Notes: generated by a model not told the origin, from the sequence alone. A stretch of 64,000 bases of DNA from an uncultured Actinomycetes bacterium (GCA_963777495.1 CAVZQM010000001.1:387594-451593); one strand, 5' to 3'; numbered from the stretch's first letter, positions 30,723 to 41,866 are shown. Numbers and translations: made by a program.

Positions 30723-31709
30723 TCAGCCAGAGACGTGGGAATCGTGCTCGTGGGGATCGACGTGCACGAGCGCGTCACCCAGCCGCGGAACGTCGCGAAG
30801 CAGGGCCTCGCGCACGTGCTCGGCGATGTCGTGTCCGGCCTCGACGGAGATGTCGGGCGAGACGTCGATCGCCAGTTCGGCGCGGAGCTGGTGGCCGGTC
30901 CACCGCGCCCGCGCCTCCGAGACGTGCTCGACGCCGGGAACACTCGCCGCCGCCGTCTCGATCAGGCGCATCGTCGGCTCGTCGATCCCGTCGAGCACGC
31001 GCCGGAGCACCGTCCGCGCGGCGGTCACCAACGTGTAGCCGATCGCCAGCGTGATCAGCAGGCCGACGATCGCGTCGGCCCGCGGGAACCCGGCCAGCAC
31101 GCCGATCGCTCCCGCCACGACGCCGAGGGAGGTCAACCCGTCGGTGCGCGAATGGGCGCCGTCGGCCACGAGCGCCGCCGAGCCGATGTGGTGCCCCACG
31201 CGCATCCGATAGAGCGCGACCGCCTCGTTGCCGACGAAGCCGATGATGCCCGCGGCCAGGACCACCCAGACGTGGTCGGGGGCCACCGGGTGGCGCAACC
31301 GGTCGATCGCCTCGAACGCGGCGAAGGCCGCGGAGGCCGCGATCATCGCGACGATGGCCAGCCCGGCGAGGTCCTCGGCACGGTGGTAGCCGTAGGTGTA
31401 GCGGCGGTTCGCGGGCCGGCGCCCAAGCCGGAACGCGATCAGGAGCGGGATCGCGGTGAGCGCGTCGGTGAAGTTGTGGATGGTGTCGGCGAGCAGGGCG
31501 ACCGATCCCGTCAGGACGACGACCACGGCTTGCACGATCGCGGTGGCGGCGAGCAGCCCCAGGGAGATCCACGTCGCGCGAACGCCTTGGGCGGTCGCCA
31601 GCAGCGCCGCGTCGACCGTGCCGAAATGCTCGTGACGATGCTCGTGCGGTCCACCGTGCGGTCCGTCGTGGTGGTCGTCCGCCGTCGGCGCGTCCGGGCT
31701 CATGGGCAC
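30723..31709 (-). CDS. Cation diffusion facilitator metal transporter with His-rich N-terminus
   Basis: ALLADTIHNFTD, ADGAHSRTD, VHVDP; HHDGPHGGPHEHRHEH. Confidence 0.93.
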   Translation of the reverse strand: MPMSPDAPTADDHHDGPHGGPHEHRHEHFGTVDAALLATAQGVRATWISLGLLAATAIVQAVVVVLTGSVALLADTIHNFTDALTAIPLLIAFRLGRRPANRRYTYGYHRAEDLAGLAIVAMIAASAAFAAFEAIDRLRHPVAPDHVWVVLAAGIIGFVGNEAVALYRMRVGHHIGSAALVADGAHSRTDGLTSLGVVAGAIGVLAGFPRADAIVGLLITLAIGYTLVTAARTVLRRVLDGIDEPTMRLIETAAASVPGVEHVSEARARWTGHQLRAELAIDVSPDISVEAGHDIAEHVREALLRDVPRLGDALVHVDPHEHDSHVSG

Positions 31710-31740
31710 CGCTCGATGGTAGTCAGGCCGGAGAGCCGAT

Positions 31741-32727
31741 TCAGGGTTCCATGGGAGGAAGCTGTTCGAGCTCGGCAGCGACCGTTCCCGGATCGAACAG
31801 AGGACCCCACCGGTCCACGATCACGCCGTCGGCGCCGATCAGGAAGAGCCACGGTTCCGTCAGGACGCCCGACGCGTCGCAGCAGGTCCACGCGTTCGCC
31901 GCCTCGTTGACCACGCTGTTCTGGTGATCCCGCCAGATCTCCACGTGGATGAAGACGGCGCGATCCGCGTACCGACCGGCGAGGTCTGCCAGCGCGTCGG
32001 TCTCGGGCCCGCACATGATGCTCACGCAGAAGGCCGGCGTCGAGAAGATCGCCAGGATGGGCCGCCCTTGGCTGAGCGCGGCGGCGATCGTCGTTCGATG
32101 AAGCTCGGGGTCGGGGACCGGAGCGCCGTCCAACGCTCGCGAATCGATGGCCGCACGAGGCACGCCCTTCGAACGGATCGTCAGGTTCTCGGTGGGCTGC
32201 GCCTCGTCGCCGGGCGCCGGGAGGGAGTGCTCTTCGGCCACGATGAAGCTCGCCGACAGCGTGCGGGTCCCCGTGTCGGGGAGCTCGACGGTCGCGTCCA
32301 CCTGCCACGTCCCCGCTCGGTCGAACTCGACGTCCGCCAGATAGACGCCCCGCGCCTCGTTGGGGTCGGTGAACGTCGGGGTCGTCGCGTCCGTGGGTGC
32401 CCCGAGCGCACTCACGTACGTCCCGATCGCCTGCGGGCCGGGCTGCGGGGCGCCGGAGCCGTCGCCCACGTATGAGAACCCGAGCGACACCTGGCCGAAC
32501 GAGAGCAGTCGGACACCCTGGCCGTCGCTCGAGAAGATCCCCACCTCGACGTGCTGGGCGCGCCGACGGCGAGATCGCTGCTCGCGACCTCCATGGCCAG
32601 GCTGGTGGCGTCGGGGCCGGTCGGCACCGGGGTCGGGGAGGGCTCGTCGGAGCCGGTGCACGCGCCCGCGATCAGGGCGAGCGACGACCACGGCCACGAG
32701 GGAGCGACGGGTGCGCATCCCGACCAT
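31741..32727 (-). CDS. Lipoprotein with an Ig-like (YtkA-like) domain and a thioredoxin-fold domain; frameshifted near the N-terminus
   Basis: Lipobox IAGAC after frame repair; GVYLADVEFDRAGTW; FSTPAFCVSIMCGP; EPWLFLIGADG. Confidence 0.7.
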   Translation of the reverse strand: MVGMRTRRSLVAVVVARPDRGRVHRLRRALPDPGADRPRRHQPGHGGREQRSRRRRAQHVEVGIFSSDGQGVRLLSFGQVSLGFSYVGDGSGAPQPGPQAIGTYVSALGAPTDATTPTFTDPNEARGVYLADVEFDRAGTWQVDATVELPDTGTRTLSASFIVAEEHSLPAPGDEAQPTENLTIRSKGVPRAAIDSRALDGAPVPDPELHRTTIAAALSQGRPILAIFSTPAFCVSIMCGPETDALADLAGRYADRAVFIHVEIWRDHQNSVVNEAANAWTCCDASGVLTEPWLFLIGADGVIVDRWGPLFDPGTVAAELEQLPPMEP

Positions 32728-32756
32728 CTTCTCGCGACATCGTGGGAACGACCGGT

Positions 32757-33266
32757 TCAGACCGACCCCTCATGCCGGAGGAGCCAGCGCTTCCGATCCT
32801 CGTGGCGCCCGTACCCGCCGATCGTTCCCCCGGCGTGCACGACTCGATGACACGGGACGAACAGCTCGATCGGACAGCGGCTCAGCGCGCTCCCCGCCGC
32901 CCGGCCCGCCCGGAGGCTGCCGGCCGCGGCCGCGACGTCGCCGTAGGTCACCAGCTCGCCGAACGGGATCGTCATCGTCGTTTCGAGGACGCGGCGCCCG
33001 AACCCCTCCGGCACCAGGACCAGGTCCACCGGCGTCGTGAACGTCCGGCCCGTGCCGCGGAAGTACGCGTCCACCTCCCGGCGCACCGGCGACATGACCC
33101 GCGCCGCACCCGGCCGAACCGGCGCCCCCAACCGAGACTCGAGCCGTCCGAGCTCCGGGCCGACGTCCTCGTCGGAGAACATCGTCCACATCACGCCGCG
33201 CTCGGAGACGACGATCGTCAGCTCGCCGATCGGGGTCGACAGCGACGTCGAGCGCGGATCCGTCAC
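32757..33266 (-). CDS. ogt: Methylated-DNA--protein-cysteine methyltransferase
   Basis: TPIGEL, IPFGELVTYG, RAAGSA, PCHRV active site. Confidence 0.92.
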   Translation of the reverse strand: MTDPRSTSLSTPIGELTIVVSERGVMWTMFSDEDVGPELGRLESRLGAPVRPGAARVMSPVRREVDAYFRGTGRTFTTPVDLVLVPEGFGRRVLETTMTIPFGELVTYGDVAAAAGSLRAGRAAGSALSRCPIELFVPCHRVVHAGGTIGGYGRHEDRKRWLLRHEGSV

Positions 33267-33970
33267 ACCGGCGGCCACGGGTACGGCCGCCCGGGTCCCG
33301 GCTCCGGGAACACCCCGGCGGCCAGCACCGCGTCGATCCGCTCGTCCATCGCGACGAGCTCACCCGACGAGAGGAGCGGGTCCAGCTCCGTCCGCAGGTC
33401 GCCGCGGAGCCGGTCGCGGAGCCCCCGGACGTCGTCGAGCAGCTCCGGTTCGATCGGCTCGCCGATGTGCTCCCAGATCACCGTGCGGAGCTTGGGCTCC
33501 TCGTTGAAGCACACGCCGTGGTCCACGACCCATATCGTGCCGTCAGGTGCCAGCAGGCAGTGCCCGCCCTTGCGATCGGCGTTGTTCACGACCATGTCGA
33601 ACACGGCGACGCGGCGGAACTCGGCGCCGTGCGTTCCCTCGAGGGTGAAGTAATGCTGCGAGGGATCGAACTCCACGAACAGCTGCGTCGAGCCCAGGCC
33701 CTCGGGCCCCTCCCGCAGGACGGTCGGGGGAACGTTGGGCCAGCCCAGCTCGCGAGCAACCACGTACGCCGCGACCTCGCGCCGGCAGAGCGTTCCCTCG
33801 GGGAAGTCCCACAGGGGGATCTCGCCACGACGGGGCTTGTACACCGCCAGGAGCTGGTCGTCGCCCGCCGTCGCCCGTGCGAGGAACGTGTAGTTCGAGG
33901 AGTTGGGCAGCAGGCCGAGCAGCTCGAGCTCGCCGGAAACGAGCGCGACCGGGATCCGTGGATCCGTCAG
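33263..33970 (-). CDS. SCO1664 family protein (PI3/PI4-kinase-like fold)
   Basis: SSNYTF, VYKPRRGEIPLWDFP, REVAAY, NNADRKGGH, DHGVCF; start uncertain (CTG overlapping the upstream stop). Confidence 0.88.
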   Translation of the reverse strand: MTDPRIPVALVSGELELLGLLPNSSNYTFLARATAGDDQLLAVYKPRRGEIPLWDFPEGTLCRREVAAYVVARELGWPNVPPTVLREGPEGLGSTQLFVEFDPSQHYFTLEGTHGAEFRRVAVFDMVVNNADRKGGHCLLAPDGTIWVVDHGVCFNEEPKLRTVIWEHIGEPIEPELLDDVRGLRDRLRGDLRTELDPLLSSGELVAMDERIDAVLAAGVFPEPGPGRPYPWPPV

Positions 33971-34488
33971 GTCCGCTTGGAGTGACCGTTCATCGCGGGG
34001 CACGCGTGGCCTTCCGGGTCGAGGGGATTGCCGCAGTACTGGCAGGTGGGCCGGCCGCGGTCCACGATCACGGCCGCATGCCGGGAGAGGGCGAACATCT
34101 GCTCGCGAGTCGCGAACAGTCGGAACAGCTCCGCCTCCTCCTGCAGGAGCAACGCCGGGTCGTCTTCGTCGAGGTCGGGCTGGAACTCCTCGATCTCCAC
34201 GAGGAACTGGTCCCGGTCCTCTTCGTAGCCGATCGAGAGACGTCCGGCGCGCCACCGCGGCTCGAACGGCTCCTCCAGGTCCATCGCTTCCTCGTCCGGT
34301 CCGGTACCGGTCTCGAGACCGATCGTGGCCAGGAGGTCGAGCACGGACGCGGCGAGCAGACGCACCTGCTCCTTCTCGACGATCAGCGTCACCAGGTCAT
34401 CGCCACGGCGCGCCTGGAGGTAGAACGTCCGGAGCCCGGGTTCCCCCACGGCGTCGGCGGTGATCCGGTCGACGGCGCCCAGCTCCAT
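33967..34488 (-). CDS. DUF3090 family protein
   Basis: AVGEPGLRTFYLQA, EKEQV, GRPTCQYCGNPLDPEGHACP. Confidence 0.9.
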   Translation of the reverse strand: MELGAVDRITADAVGEPGLRTFYLQARRGDDLVTLIVEKEQVRLLAASVLDLLATIGLETGTGPDEEAMDLEEPFEPRWRAGRLSIGYEEDRDQFLVEIEEFQPDLDEDDPALLLQEEAELFRLFATREQMFALSRHAAVIVDRGRPTCQYCGNPLDPEGHACPAMNGHSKRT

Positions 34489-34493
34489 GCGGC

Positions 34494-35135
34494 TTATCCT
34501 CGCAGGTTCCGTTGCGTGCGCGGGGGCGGCGCGAACCGCTCCAAACTTCCGGTGTCGTTCACGAGCAGGACGTGCGGGCCCGCGTCTCCGACCGAGATCA
34601 CCGACACCGACGCCGGGTCGGACATCGTCCGCTGGAACAGGTCCAGGTGTGCGCCGGAGAGATGCGACACGAGCATCCTGATGATGTCGCCGTGCGAGGC
34701 GACGGCCACACGACCACGCGGGTGCCGCGCCGCGATCGCATGGATCTCGTCCAGCGCGCGCGCCTGCGCGTCGGCGAACGACTCCCCGTCGGGGAACCGG
34801 AACTGCGACGGGCGATGGATCAGCTGCTTCCACGCCCGTGTGCGGCGTACCTGCGCGAGCGAACGGCCGGTCCACGTGCCGACGTCCATCTCGATCAGCC
34901 GCTCGGTCTTCACGATGTCCAGTCGCTGACGAACCGCGAGGGGGGCGAGCGTCTCCACGCAGCGATCGAGCGGGCTCGAGTACGCGGCCGTCAGGCGGAT
35001 CCGCGCGAATCGATCCGCGAGCGCCTCGGCCTGCGCACGCCCACGCTCGTCGAGCGGGATCCCCGCCGTTCGGCCGTACAACGTCTTGCCCGTCACGGCG
35101 GTGAGCCCGTGCCGGATCAGGAAGAGGGTGGTCAC
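34494..35135 (-). CDS. Histidine phosphatase, MSMEG_4193 family
   Basis: LIRHG, SSPLDRC, SHGDIIR, DLFQR. Confidence 0.9.
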   Translation of the reverse strand: MTTLFLIRHGLTAVTGKTLYGRTAGIPLDERGRAQAEALADRFARIRLTAAYSSPLDRCVETLAPLAVRQRLDIVKTERLIEMDVGTWTGRSLAQVRRTRAWKQLIHRPSQFRFPDGESFADAQARALDEIHAIAARHPRGRVAVASHGDIIRMLVSHLSGAHLDLFQRTMSDPASVSVISVGDAGPHVLLVNDTGSLERFAPPPRTQRNLRG

Positions 35136-36295
35136 GGACCGGCAGGATACGCGGCGGGCAGGATGCACCTCGACGACTGGAGCCTCGTCCGAGCTCGCTC
35201 CGGACCTCCACGTGGGCCGCCGTGGTTCTCCGCCACATGCTTCACGATCGCCAGGCCGAGACCCGTGCCTCCCGTCTCGCGTGAGCGAGCTCGGTCCACC
35301 CGATAGAAGCGCTCGAACACCCGCGGCAGCTCGCGCGACGGGATACCGGCCCCCGTGTCCTCGACCGTGAGCACCACTTCCGCCGCCGTCGGTGCGACGC
35401 GCACCTCGACCCTGCCCGTCGGAGCGGTGTAGCGGATGGCGTTGTCGATGAGGTTGCGGATCAGCAGGGAAAGATCCTCTCGAGGAGCCGACCACGATCG
35501 CCGGTCTGGGCGCGTCGACCTCGAGCTCGAGTCCGGCCTCTCGCGCGGCGTTCTCGCACCGTTGGCCCTCTTCTCGAACGAGCGCGTCCAGCGGGACACG
35601 TTCGTCGAGCGCGCTCTCCGATTCCAGGCGGGAGAGGTCGAGGAGGTCGGCCACGATCCGTGAGAGACGCATGGCATCGCGCTCCACCTGGGCCGCGAAG
35701 CGCGGGATGGCCTCGGGGTCGTCATGCGCCGCGTGACGAAGGGTCTCCGCGCCGGCCTGGATCGAGGCCGCCGGCGTCTTGAGCTCGTGGGAGGCGTTCG
35801 CGACGAAGTCCTTGCGGATCGCCTCCACGCGGCGTGTCTCGCTGACGTCGGTGACCACCAGCAAGACGGAGCCGTCCGTGCCCACCGGCGTGGCGGTGAA
35901 GCGGAGCCAGCGGGCGGGCGCGCCCATCTCCGTCTCGATCGACTGCGGCCGGCGGTTCGCCGTCACGTCCTCCGCCATCTCGCGGACCGACGGCGGGTAG
36001 AGCTGCGACACGCCCTCCGGCCGACGGCCGAGGTGAAGGGTCAACGCGTCGTTGCCGAAGGCGGTCATGCCCCGACCGTCCAGGAGCAGGACCCCTTCCT
36101 GCATCGACCCGAGCGTGAGGTCCTGCACGCGAAGCGCCTCCGCGGCCACCGCCCGGCTCTCCTCGGCCGCGAGGTGCGCGGACAGGCGCGCGTCGTCCGC
36201 GCGAGCCGAGGGCCGACGAGCGGGCTCGCCCATGCGAGCGTTGCCCCTACCGCGATGCCGGCCAAGGCCGTCACGATCAGCCAGGTCGCCTCCAC
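35132..36295 (-). CDS. senX3: SenX3/PhoR-like sensor histidine kinase; frameshifted
   Basis: N-terminal TM helix, PAS-like region, DFVANASHELKTP, RNLIDNAIRY, DTGAGI, FERFYRVD, GTGLGLAIVKH. Confidence 0.85.
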
Positions 36296-36336
36296 GCCGG
36301 GAGTCTAGAGCGGGCACCGGTGTCCCCGACCAGGAC

Positions 36337-36471
36337 GTTCGCTGTTCGTTCACCTCGGTGACGCTGAGTGGCCATCCGGGCGACCGTGCGGCGCCGACCA
36401 GCAGGAACGGACCCGACCGCCGGTTCTCGACGTTCACCCTGCGTTCACGTCGGTGCCCCCACCCGTCCACC
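36337..36471 (+). promoter_or_regulatory. PHO-box-like 11-nt direct repeats between senX3 and pstS
   Basis: GTTCGCT/GTTCACC at 36337/36348; GTTCACC/GTTCACG at 36432/36443; GTCCACC at 36465 in the same 11-nt register. Confidence 0.75.
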
Positions 36472-36519
36472 CGGACTCCATAGCATCCGGCCCGGTCATA
36501 TCCGAAGAGGAGGATGTAG

Positions 36520-37579
36520 ATGCGCAACAAGCGGAAGTACTCCGGCATCGTCGTGGGGTTGCTCGTCCTCGCGCTCGTGGGCGCGGCATGTGGCGGCGAC
36601 GACGACGAGCCCGGTGGCTCGACCGGCGGGACACCGGATCGCCGGAGCGACCGGTGGCGAGGCTCACCGGCACGATCAACGATCTCCGGATCCTCGACGG
36701 TGCGAACCGATCTCCAGCCTGGTCGCGGAGCTGTTCGACGACGACCAACCCGGACGTGGCGATCGCCGTCGACGGGCCCGGCACGGGTGACGGGTTCGAG
36801 CTCTTCTGCAAGGGCGAGATCGACATCAGCGACGCCTCCCGGCCGATCGACGAGGAAGAGGTTGCCGCGTGTGAGGACGGCCGGCATCGACTTCGTCGAG
36901 CTCGAGGTCGCCTTCGACGGCATCACCGTGATGACGAACCCGGCCAACGCCGACGTCGCGTGCCTGAACCTCGGCGACCTCTACGCGCTGTTCGGCCCGG
37001 AGTCGGAAGGATTCTCGTCCTGGTCGGACGCCAACGACCTCGCCGACCGAGGTGGGCGGCAACGGTGGGTTCCCCGACGCGCCGCTCGAGATCACGGCGC
37101 CCGGTGAGGAGTCCGGCACCTACGACGCGTTCATCGAGCTCTCGGGCTTCGAGGACACCGCGATCGCCCAGGGCGTGCCGGAAGACGGCGCGGCCGCACT
37201 TCGGCCCGACTACCAGTCGTCGGCGAACGACAACGTGATCATCCAGGCGATGGACGGGTCGCCGAGCGCCATCGGGTTCGTCGGCTTCGCGTTCGCTGAG
37301 GCGGCCGGAGACACGATCAAGGAGATCGAGGTGGACGGCGGGAGCGGCTGCGTCGCGCCGTCGGCCGAGACGATCGCCGACGGCAGCTACCCGCTGTCAC
37401 GGTCCCTCTACATCTACGTCAACACCGACAAGCTCGCGGAGAACCCGGCGCTACGGCCGCCTACGTCGACTACTACCTGAGCGACGAAGGTCTCTCGACC
37501 GCGGTGGCAGAGACCGGCTACGTGGACCTCCCTCCGACCGGATCGAAGCGACCCGGACGGCGTGGGCGGCTGCCGCTAG
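36520..37579 (+). CDS. pstS: Phosphate-binding lipoprotein PstS; several frameshifts
   Basis: Lipobox GAAC, GTGDGFELFCKGEIDISDASR, PGEESGTYD, YPLSRSLYIY. Confidence 0.88.
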
Positions 37580-37599
37580 ACGTTCGACGCATCCGAGGA

Positions 37600-37629
37600 A
37601 GGGCCGGACGCACGACCGCGTCCGGCCCT
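37600..37629 (+). terminator. Stem-loop between pstS and pstC
   Basis: AGGGCCGGACGC-ACGACC-GCGTCCGGCCCT, 12-bp stem. Confidence 0.7.
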
Positions 37630-37670
37630 CCCCCCGCATCCGACGAACCACTAGGCTCTCGAGGACGCAG

Positions 37671-38624
37671 ATGGCGACTTCCTTCTCCGACGACGCGGTC
37701 ACGATCCGGCAACTGCGCGGAAACCCGCGCCGGCGACGGAAAGAGGCTGTGGTGCGCTTCATCCTCGCGGCGGCCGCGGTGTTCTCGATCGTGATCAGCG
37801 TCGCCATCGTGGTCGCGATCATCGGCCGAGCCATCGGGTTCCTCTCCGATGTGGATCTCTCGGCGCTCCTCGACGGGAGCTGGCGGCCCCGCCAAGGGCA
37901 ATTCGATGTGCCGACGCTGCTGATCGGATCGTTCGTTGTCACCGCGATCGCGATGCTCGTCGCGGTTCCGCTGGGGCTCGGCGCCGCGATGTTCCTGTCC
38001 GAGTACGCGAGTCCCCGGGTCCGGCGGCGGCTCAAGCCGATCCTGGAGACGCTCGCCGGTATCCCGAGCGTGGTGATCGGGTTCTTCGCGCTGACGGTCC
38101 TGAATCCCTCCATCGTGCAAGGGGTCTTCGGCGCGACGAGCACCTTCACGATGGCCGCCGCCGGGATCGGGGTCGGGATCCTCACGATCCCCTTGATCGC
38201 GTCGGTCGCCGAGGATGCGATGTTCGCCGTCCCGGGGCGCTCCGTGAGGCGGCCTACGGGATCGGCGCCAAGCAACGCACCGTGACGACGAAGGTCGTGT
38301 TCCCGGCCGCGATCTCCGGGATCGTCGCCGCGGTGATCCTCGGGATCTCGCGCGCGCTCGGGGAGACGATGGTCGTCGCCATCGCGGCGGGTGGGACCGG
38401 CAACGCCGTGCGAACCTGGGATCCCTTCGTGTCCCGGGCAGACCATGACCGCGGCCATCTCGAGTCTCGCGATCGGATCGGACTCCGTGAAAGCGGGTGG
38501 GGGAGCCGGCCAGGTGAACCCGTTCGACTCGCTCTACTTCGTCGCGTTGGTGTTGTTCGCCCTGACGCTCGCCCTCAACGTGATCAGCGAACGGTTCGTC
38601 CGCCGCTATCGGAAGGCGTACTGA
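37671..38624 (+). CDS. pstC: Phosphate ABC permease PstC; frameshifted
   Basis: [19 protein letters not shown]. Confidence 0.9.
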
Positions 38625-39573
38625 TGTCCACCATCGCGGTGCCGTCGGCCACTCGGGCATCCGTCGAGGAGGCGTTGAAAGGCAAGGGCGTCGACGTGCG
38701 AGGGAAGGTCTTCGAGGGAGTCTTGTTGCTCTCGCTCGATCATCTCCCTCGGTGTCCTCATCGCTCTCTTGGTCTCGATCGTGTCCGACGCCATCCCGGT
38801 CTTCCAAGAGCGCGGCATGGACTTCGTGACGAGCGACACATCGGCGTTCGACTTCCGGACCGGAGTCAAGCAAGGCATCCTCGGGTCGATGATCCTGATC
38901 GGGTTCGTCGCGGTCTTCGCCTTGCCCCTCGGGGTCGCCGCCGCGGTCTACTTGCAGGAGTACGCGAGGGACACCCGGATGAACCGTCTCCTGATCACGA
39001 ACATCCGGAACCTGGCCGGCGTCCCATCGATCGTCTACGGCATCCTGGGACTCGTCGTCTTCGTGGAGCTGATGGGCAGCATCACCGGACCCGGGAACGT
39101 CAATGGGCGCACCGCGGTCTCGGGCGGCCTGACGCTCGCGGTCCTCGTGATGCCGTTCATCATCATCATCACGATGGAGGCGCTCAGGGCCGTGCCGCGC
39201 GGTATCCGCGAAGCGGCGTACGGCGTCGGTGCCACGCGCTGGGAGGTCGTTCGCAGTCACGTGCTGCCGTACGCCGCGCCCGGCGTCCTGACGGGCTGCA
39301 TCCTGGCGCTCGCTCGGGCGTTCGGCGAGACGGCGCCGCTGCTGCTCGTCGGCGCGTTGACGGGATACTTCAGCACCGGTGCCGCGGACTTCTTCGAGCA
39401 GATCCGCGGTCCGTATCACGGCGCTTCCCACCCTGGTCTTCTCCTGGTCGCGCAACCCGGGTGATGAGTGGCAGGCCAACGCCGCCGCGGCGATCGTGGT
39501 GTTGTTGGTCGCGATCCTCGCGGTGAACGCGGTGGCCATCATGTTGAGGAACCGGTATGAACGAAAGTGGTGA
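38624..39573 (+). CDS. pstA: Phosphate ABC permease PstA; frameshifted
   Basis: [21 protein letters not shown]; TGATG coupling to pstC. Confidence 0.9.
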
Positions 39574-39577
39574 TCCG

Positions 39578-40468
39578 ATGGACACAGAACTGACGAAGGT
39601 CGAGACCACCGCCGACGACGCGCTCCAAACCGAGGAGGGCGCACGCTTGGTCGTGAAGGTACCCCGGGAGCCCGTCTCGCAAGAGGCACAACGCGAGGTG
39701 GTCTTCGATGTGCAGGCACTCTCGGTCTACTACGGGGCGTTCCGCGCCGTCCGCGACGTGACGATCCCGATCCTCAAGAACGAGATCACCGCGCTGATCG
39801 GACCGTCGGGGTGCGGGAAGACGACCTTCCTCCGCTGCCTGAATCGGATGAACGACCTGATCGAGGGTGCGAGGGTCGAAGGGACGTTGCTGTACCACGG
39901 CGTCGATCTCTACGACGAGCAGGTGGACGCGGTCGAGGTTCGCCGCCGGATCGGCATGGTCTTCCAGAAGCCGAACCCGTTCCCGAAATCGATCTACGAC
40001 AACATCGCGTTCGGACCGAAGATCGCGGGGTTCAAGGGCAACATGGACGATCTGGTGGAGGAGAGCCTCCGCCGCGCCGCGCTGTGGGACGAGGTGAGGG
40101 ACAAGCTGAAGGAATCGGGCATGGCACTTTCCGGTGGGCAGCAGCAGCGGTTGTGCATCGCCCGGGCCATCGCGACGCGTCCGGACGTGATCCTGATGGA
40201 CGAGCCGTGCTCCGCCCTGGACCCGATCGCGACCGCACGGATCGAGGATCTGATGCAGGAACTCGTGTCCGACTACACCATCGTGATCGTGACGCACAAC
40301 ATGCAGCAAGCCGCCCGCGTCTCGGACCGGACGGCGTTCTTCACGGTCGAGGTTTCCGACACCGGGCAGCGAACGGGCACGGTGGTGGAGTTCGACCGCA
40401 CGGAGACGATCTTCACGAACCCGGGTGATCAACGGACAGAGGACTACGTGACGGGACGGTTCGGATGA
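39578..40468 (+). CDS. pstB: Phosphate ABC ATPase PstB
   Basis: [37 protein letters not shown]. Confidence 0.96.
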   Translation: MDTELTKVETTADDALQTEEGARLVVKVPREPVSQEAQREVVFDVQALSVYYGAFRAVRDVTIPILKNEITALIGPSGCGKTTFLRCLNRMNDLIEGARVEGTLLYHGVDLYDEQVDAVEVRRRIGMVFQKPNPFPKSIYDNIAFGPKIAGFKGNMDDLVEESLRRAALWDEVRDKLKESGMALSGGQQQRLCIARAIATRPDVILMDEPCSALDPIATARIEDLMQELVSDYTIVIVTHNMQQAARVSDRTAFFTVEVSDTGQRTGTVVEFDRTETIFTNPGDQRTEDYVTGRFG

Positions 40469-41142
40469 CCAGAGAGAGCTTCCACGAGACATTGGAGAAG
40501 CTGGAGCTCGAGCTCCTCAGCATGGGCGAGCTTTCAGCGAACGCGGTGCAGCGTTCGGTCGATGCTATCGGGGCGCACGACGATGATGGCGCGCGCGCCG
40601 TCATCGAGGGCGACGATCAGATCGACGACCTGTACCTGCATATCGATCGAGGCGTCATCGAACTCTTGGCTCTGCAGTCGCCGGTGGCGGCCGATCTGCG
40701 GTTGATCTCCGCCATGCTGCACTCCTGTCTCCATCTGGAGCGCGTCGGCGACCAGGCTGTGAACGTGGCGAAGATCTACTTGGCCACGAAGGACGAGCCG
40801 GGCAGTGAGTCGATGCGTCAGCAGATCCGGGAGATGGGGGACCTGGTCGTCACCATGTTGCGCACCGCGATGGAGGCGTTCGCCAAACGAGACGTGGAGC
40901 TGTGCAAGAAGGTAGAGGTGATGGACGATCCGGTCGATCGTCTCAACCGTGCCACCCACCTCGAAGCGCTGAAGCTGGCCGACGATCCGCGGAGCCTAGA
41001 CTGGGGCATGCACATGAACATGGCTGCCAGAGCGCTGGAGCGCGTCGGAGACAACGCCGTCGACATCGCCGAGCAGGTCGGCTTCCTGGTGACGGGGGAG
41101 TTCCACGAGTACACCGACGCGTCACATCCGGTGGATGTCTGA
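40465..41142 (+). CDS. phoU: Phosphate signalling regulator PhoU
   Basis: [32 protein letters not shown]. Confidence 0.94.
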   Translation: MTRESFHETLEKLELELLSMGELSANAVQRSVDAIGAHDDDGARAVIEGDDQIDDLYLHIDRGVIELLALQSPVAADLRLISAMLHSCLHLERVGDQAVNVAKIYLATKDEPGSESMRQQIREMGDLVVTMLRTAMEAFAKRDVELCKKVEVMDDPVDRLNRATHLEALKLADDPRSLDWGMHMNMAARALERVGDNAVDIAEQVGFLVTGEFHEYTDASHPVDV

Positions 41143-41866
41143 GCGGACGGCGTTGACGCGCGAGCGGACGGTTCCCGAGGCCCGGCCCCGCATCCTGATC
41201 GTCGAAGACGAGGAGTCGCTTGCCGATTCCCTGCGGTACAACCTGGAGCGCGAAGGCTTCAGTGTGACCGTGGCTCCCGACGGCCGGGCGGCGCTCGATC
41301 GGTTCCGGGCGGAACCGATGTCTTTGGTCATCCTCGATCTGATGCTGCCGGAGGTGGCCGGTCTCGACGTCTGTCGAGCGATCCGCCTCGAGTCCGATGT
41401 CCCGATCATCATGGTCACGGCCAAGGACTCGGAAGCCGACAAGGTCACGGGGCTGGAGCTCGGGGCGGACGACTATGTCACCAAACCGTTCTCGGTACGA
41501 GAGCTGGTCTCGCGCGTGCGTGCGCTCCTTCGCCGAGCCGGGATGGCGGGTGCGGACACGAAGGAGGACGTTCTGTCCGGGGGCCCTGTGCAGATGGACG
41601 TGATCCGTCACGAGGTGCTGGTGGCCGGCGGGATCACGGCGTTCCCGCCCAAGGAGTTCGAGCTGCTCGAGGCGTTCCTCCGCCGGAAAGGCCGATTGTT
41701 GACCCGGGACTTCCTGATCGAAGAAGTGTGGGGTGCGGATTATTTCGGCGACACGAAGACGCTCGACGTCCACGTCAAGCGGCTGCGAAAGAAGGTCGAG
41801 CCCGACCCGCATAACCCCCAGCACCTGGTTACGGTGCGCGGTCTCGGCTACAAGTTCGTCGACTGA
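41135..41866 (+). CDS. regX3: RegX3/PhoB-like OmpR-family response regulator
   Basis: VEDE, LDLMLP, GADDYVTKPFS, KTLDVHVKRLRKK. Confidence 0.9.
   Translation: MSERTALTRERTVPEARPRILIVEDEESLADSLRYNLEREGFSVTVAPDGRAALDRFRAEPMSLVILDLMLPEVAGLDVCRAIRLESDVPIIMVTAKDSEADKVTGLELGADDYVTKPFSVRELVSRVRALLRRAGMAGADTKEDVLSGGPVQMDVIRHEVLVAGGITAFPPKEFELLEAFLRRKGRLLTRDFLIEEVWGADYFGDTKTLDVHVKRLRKKVEPDPHNPQHLVTVRGLGYKFVD

Noticed and set aside
34494-36947. 817-aa minus-strand ORF suggesting a kinase-phosphatase fusion
   Set aside because: The kinase C-terminus is in another frame ending at 35132, overlapping the phosphatase GTG; frameshift artefact.
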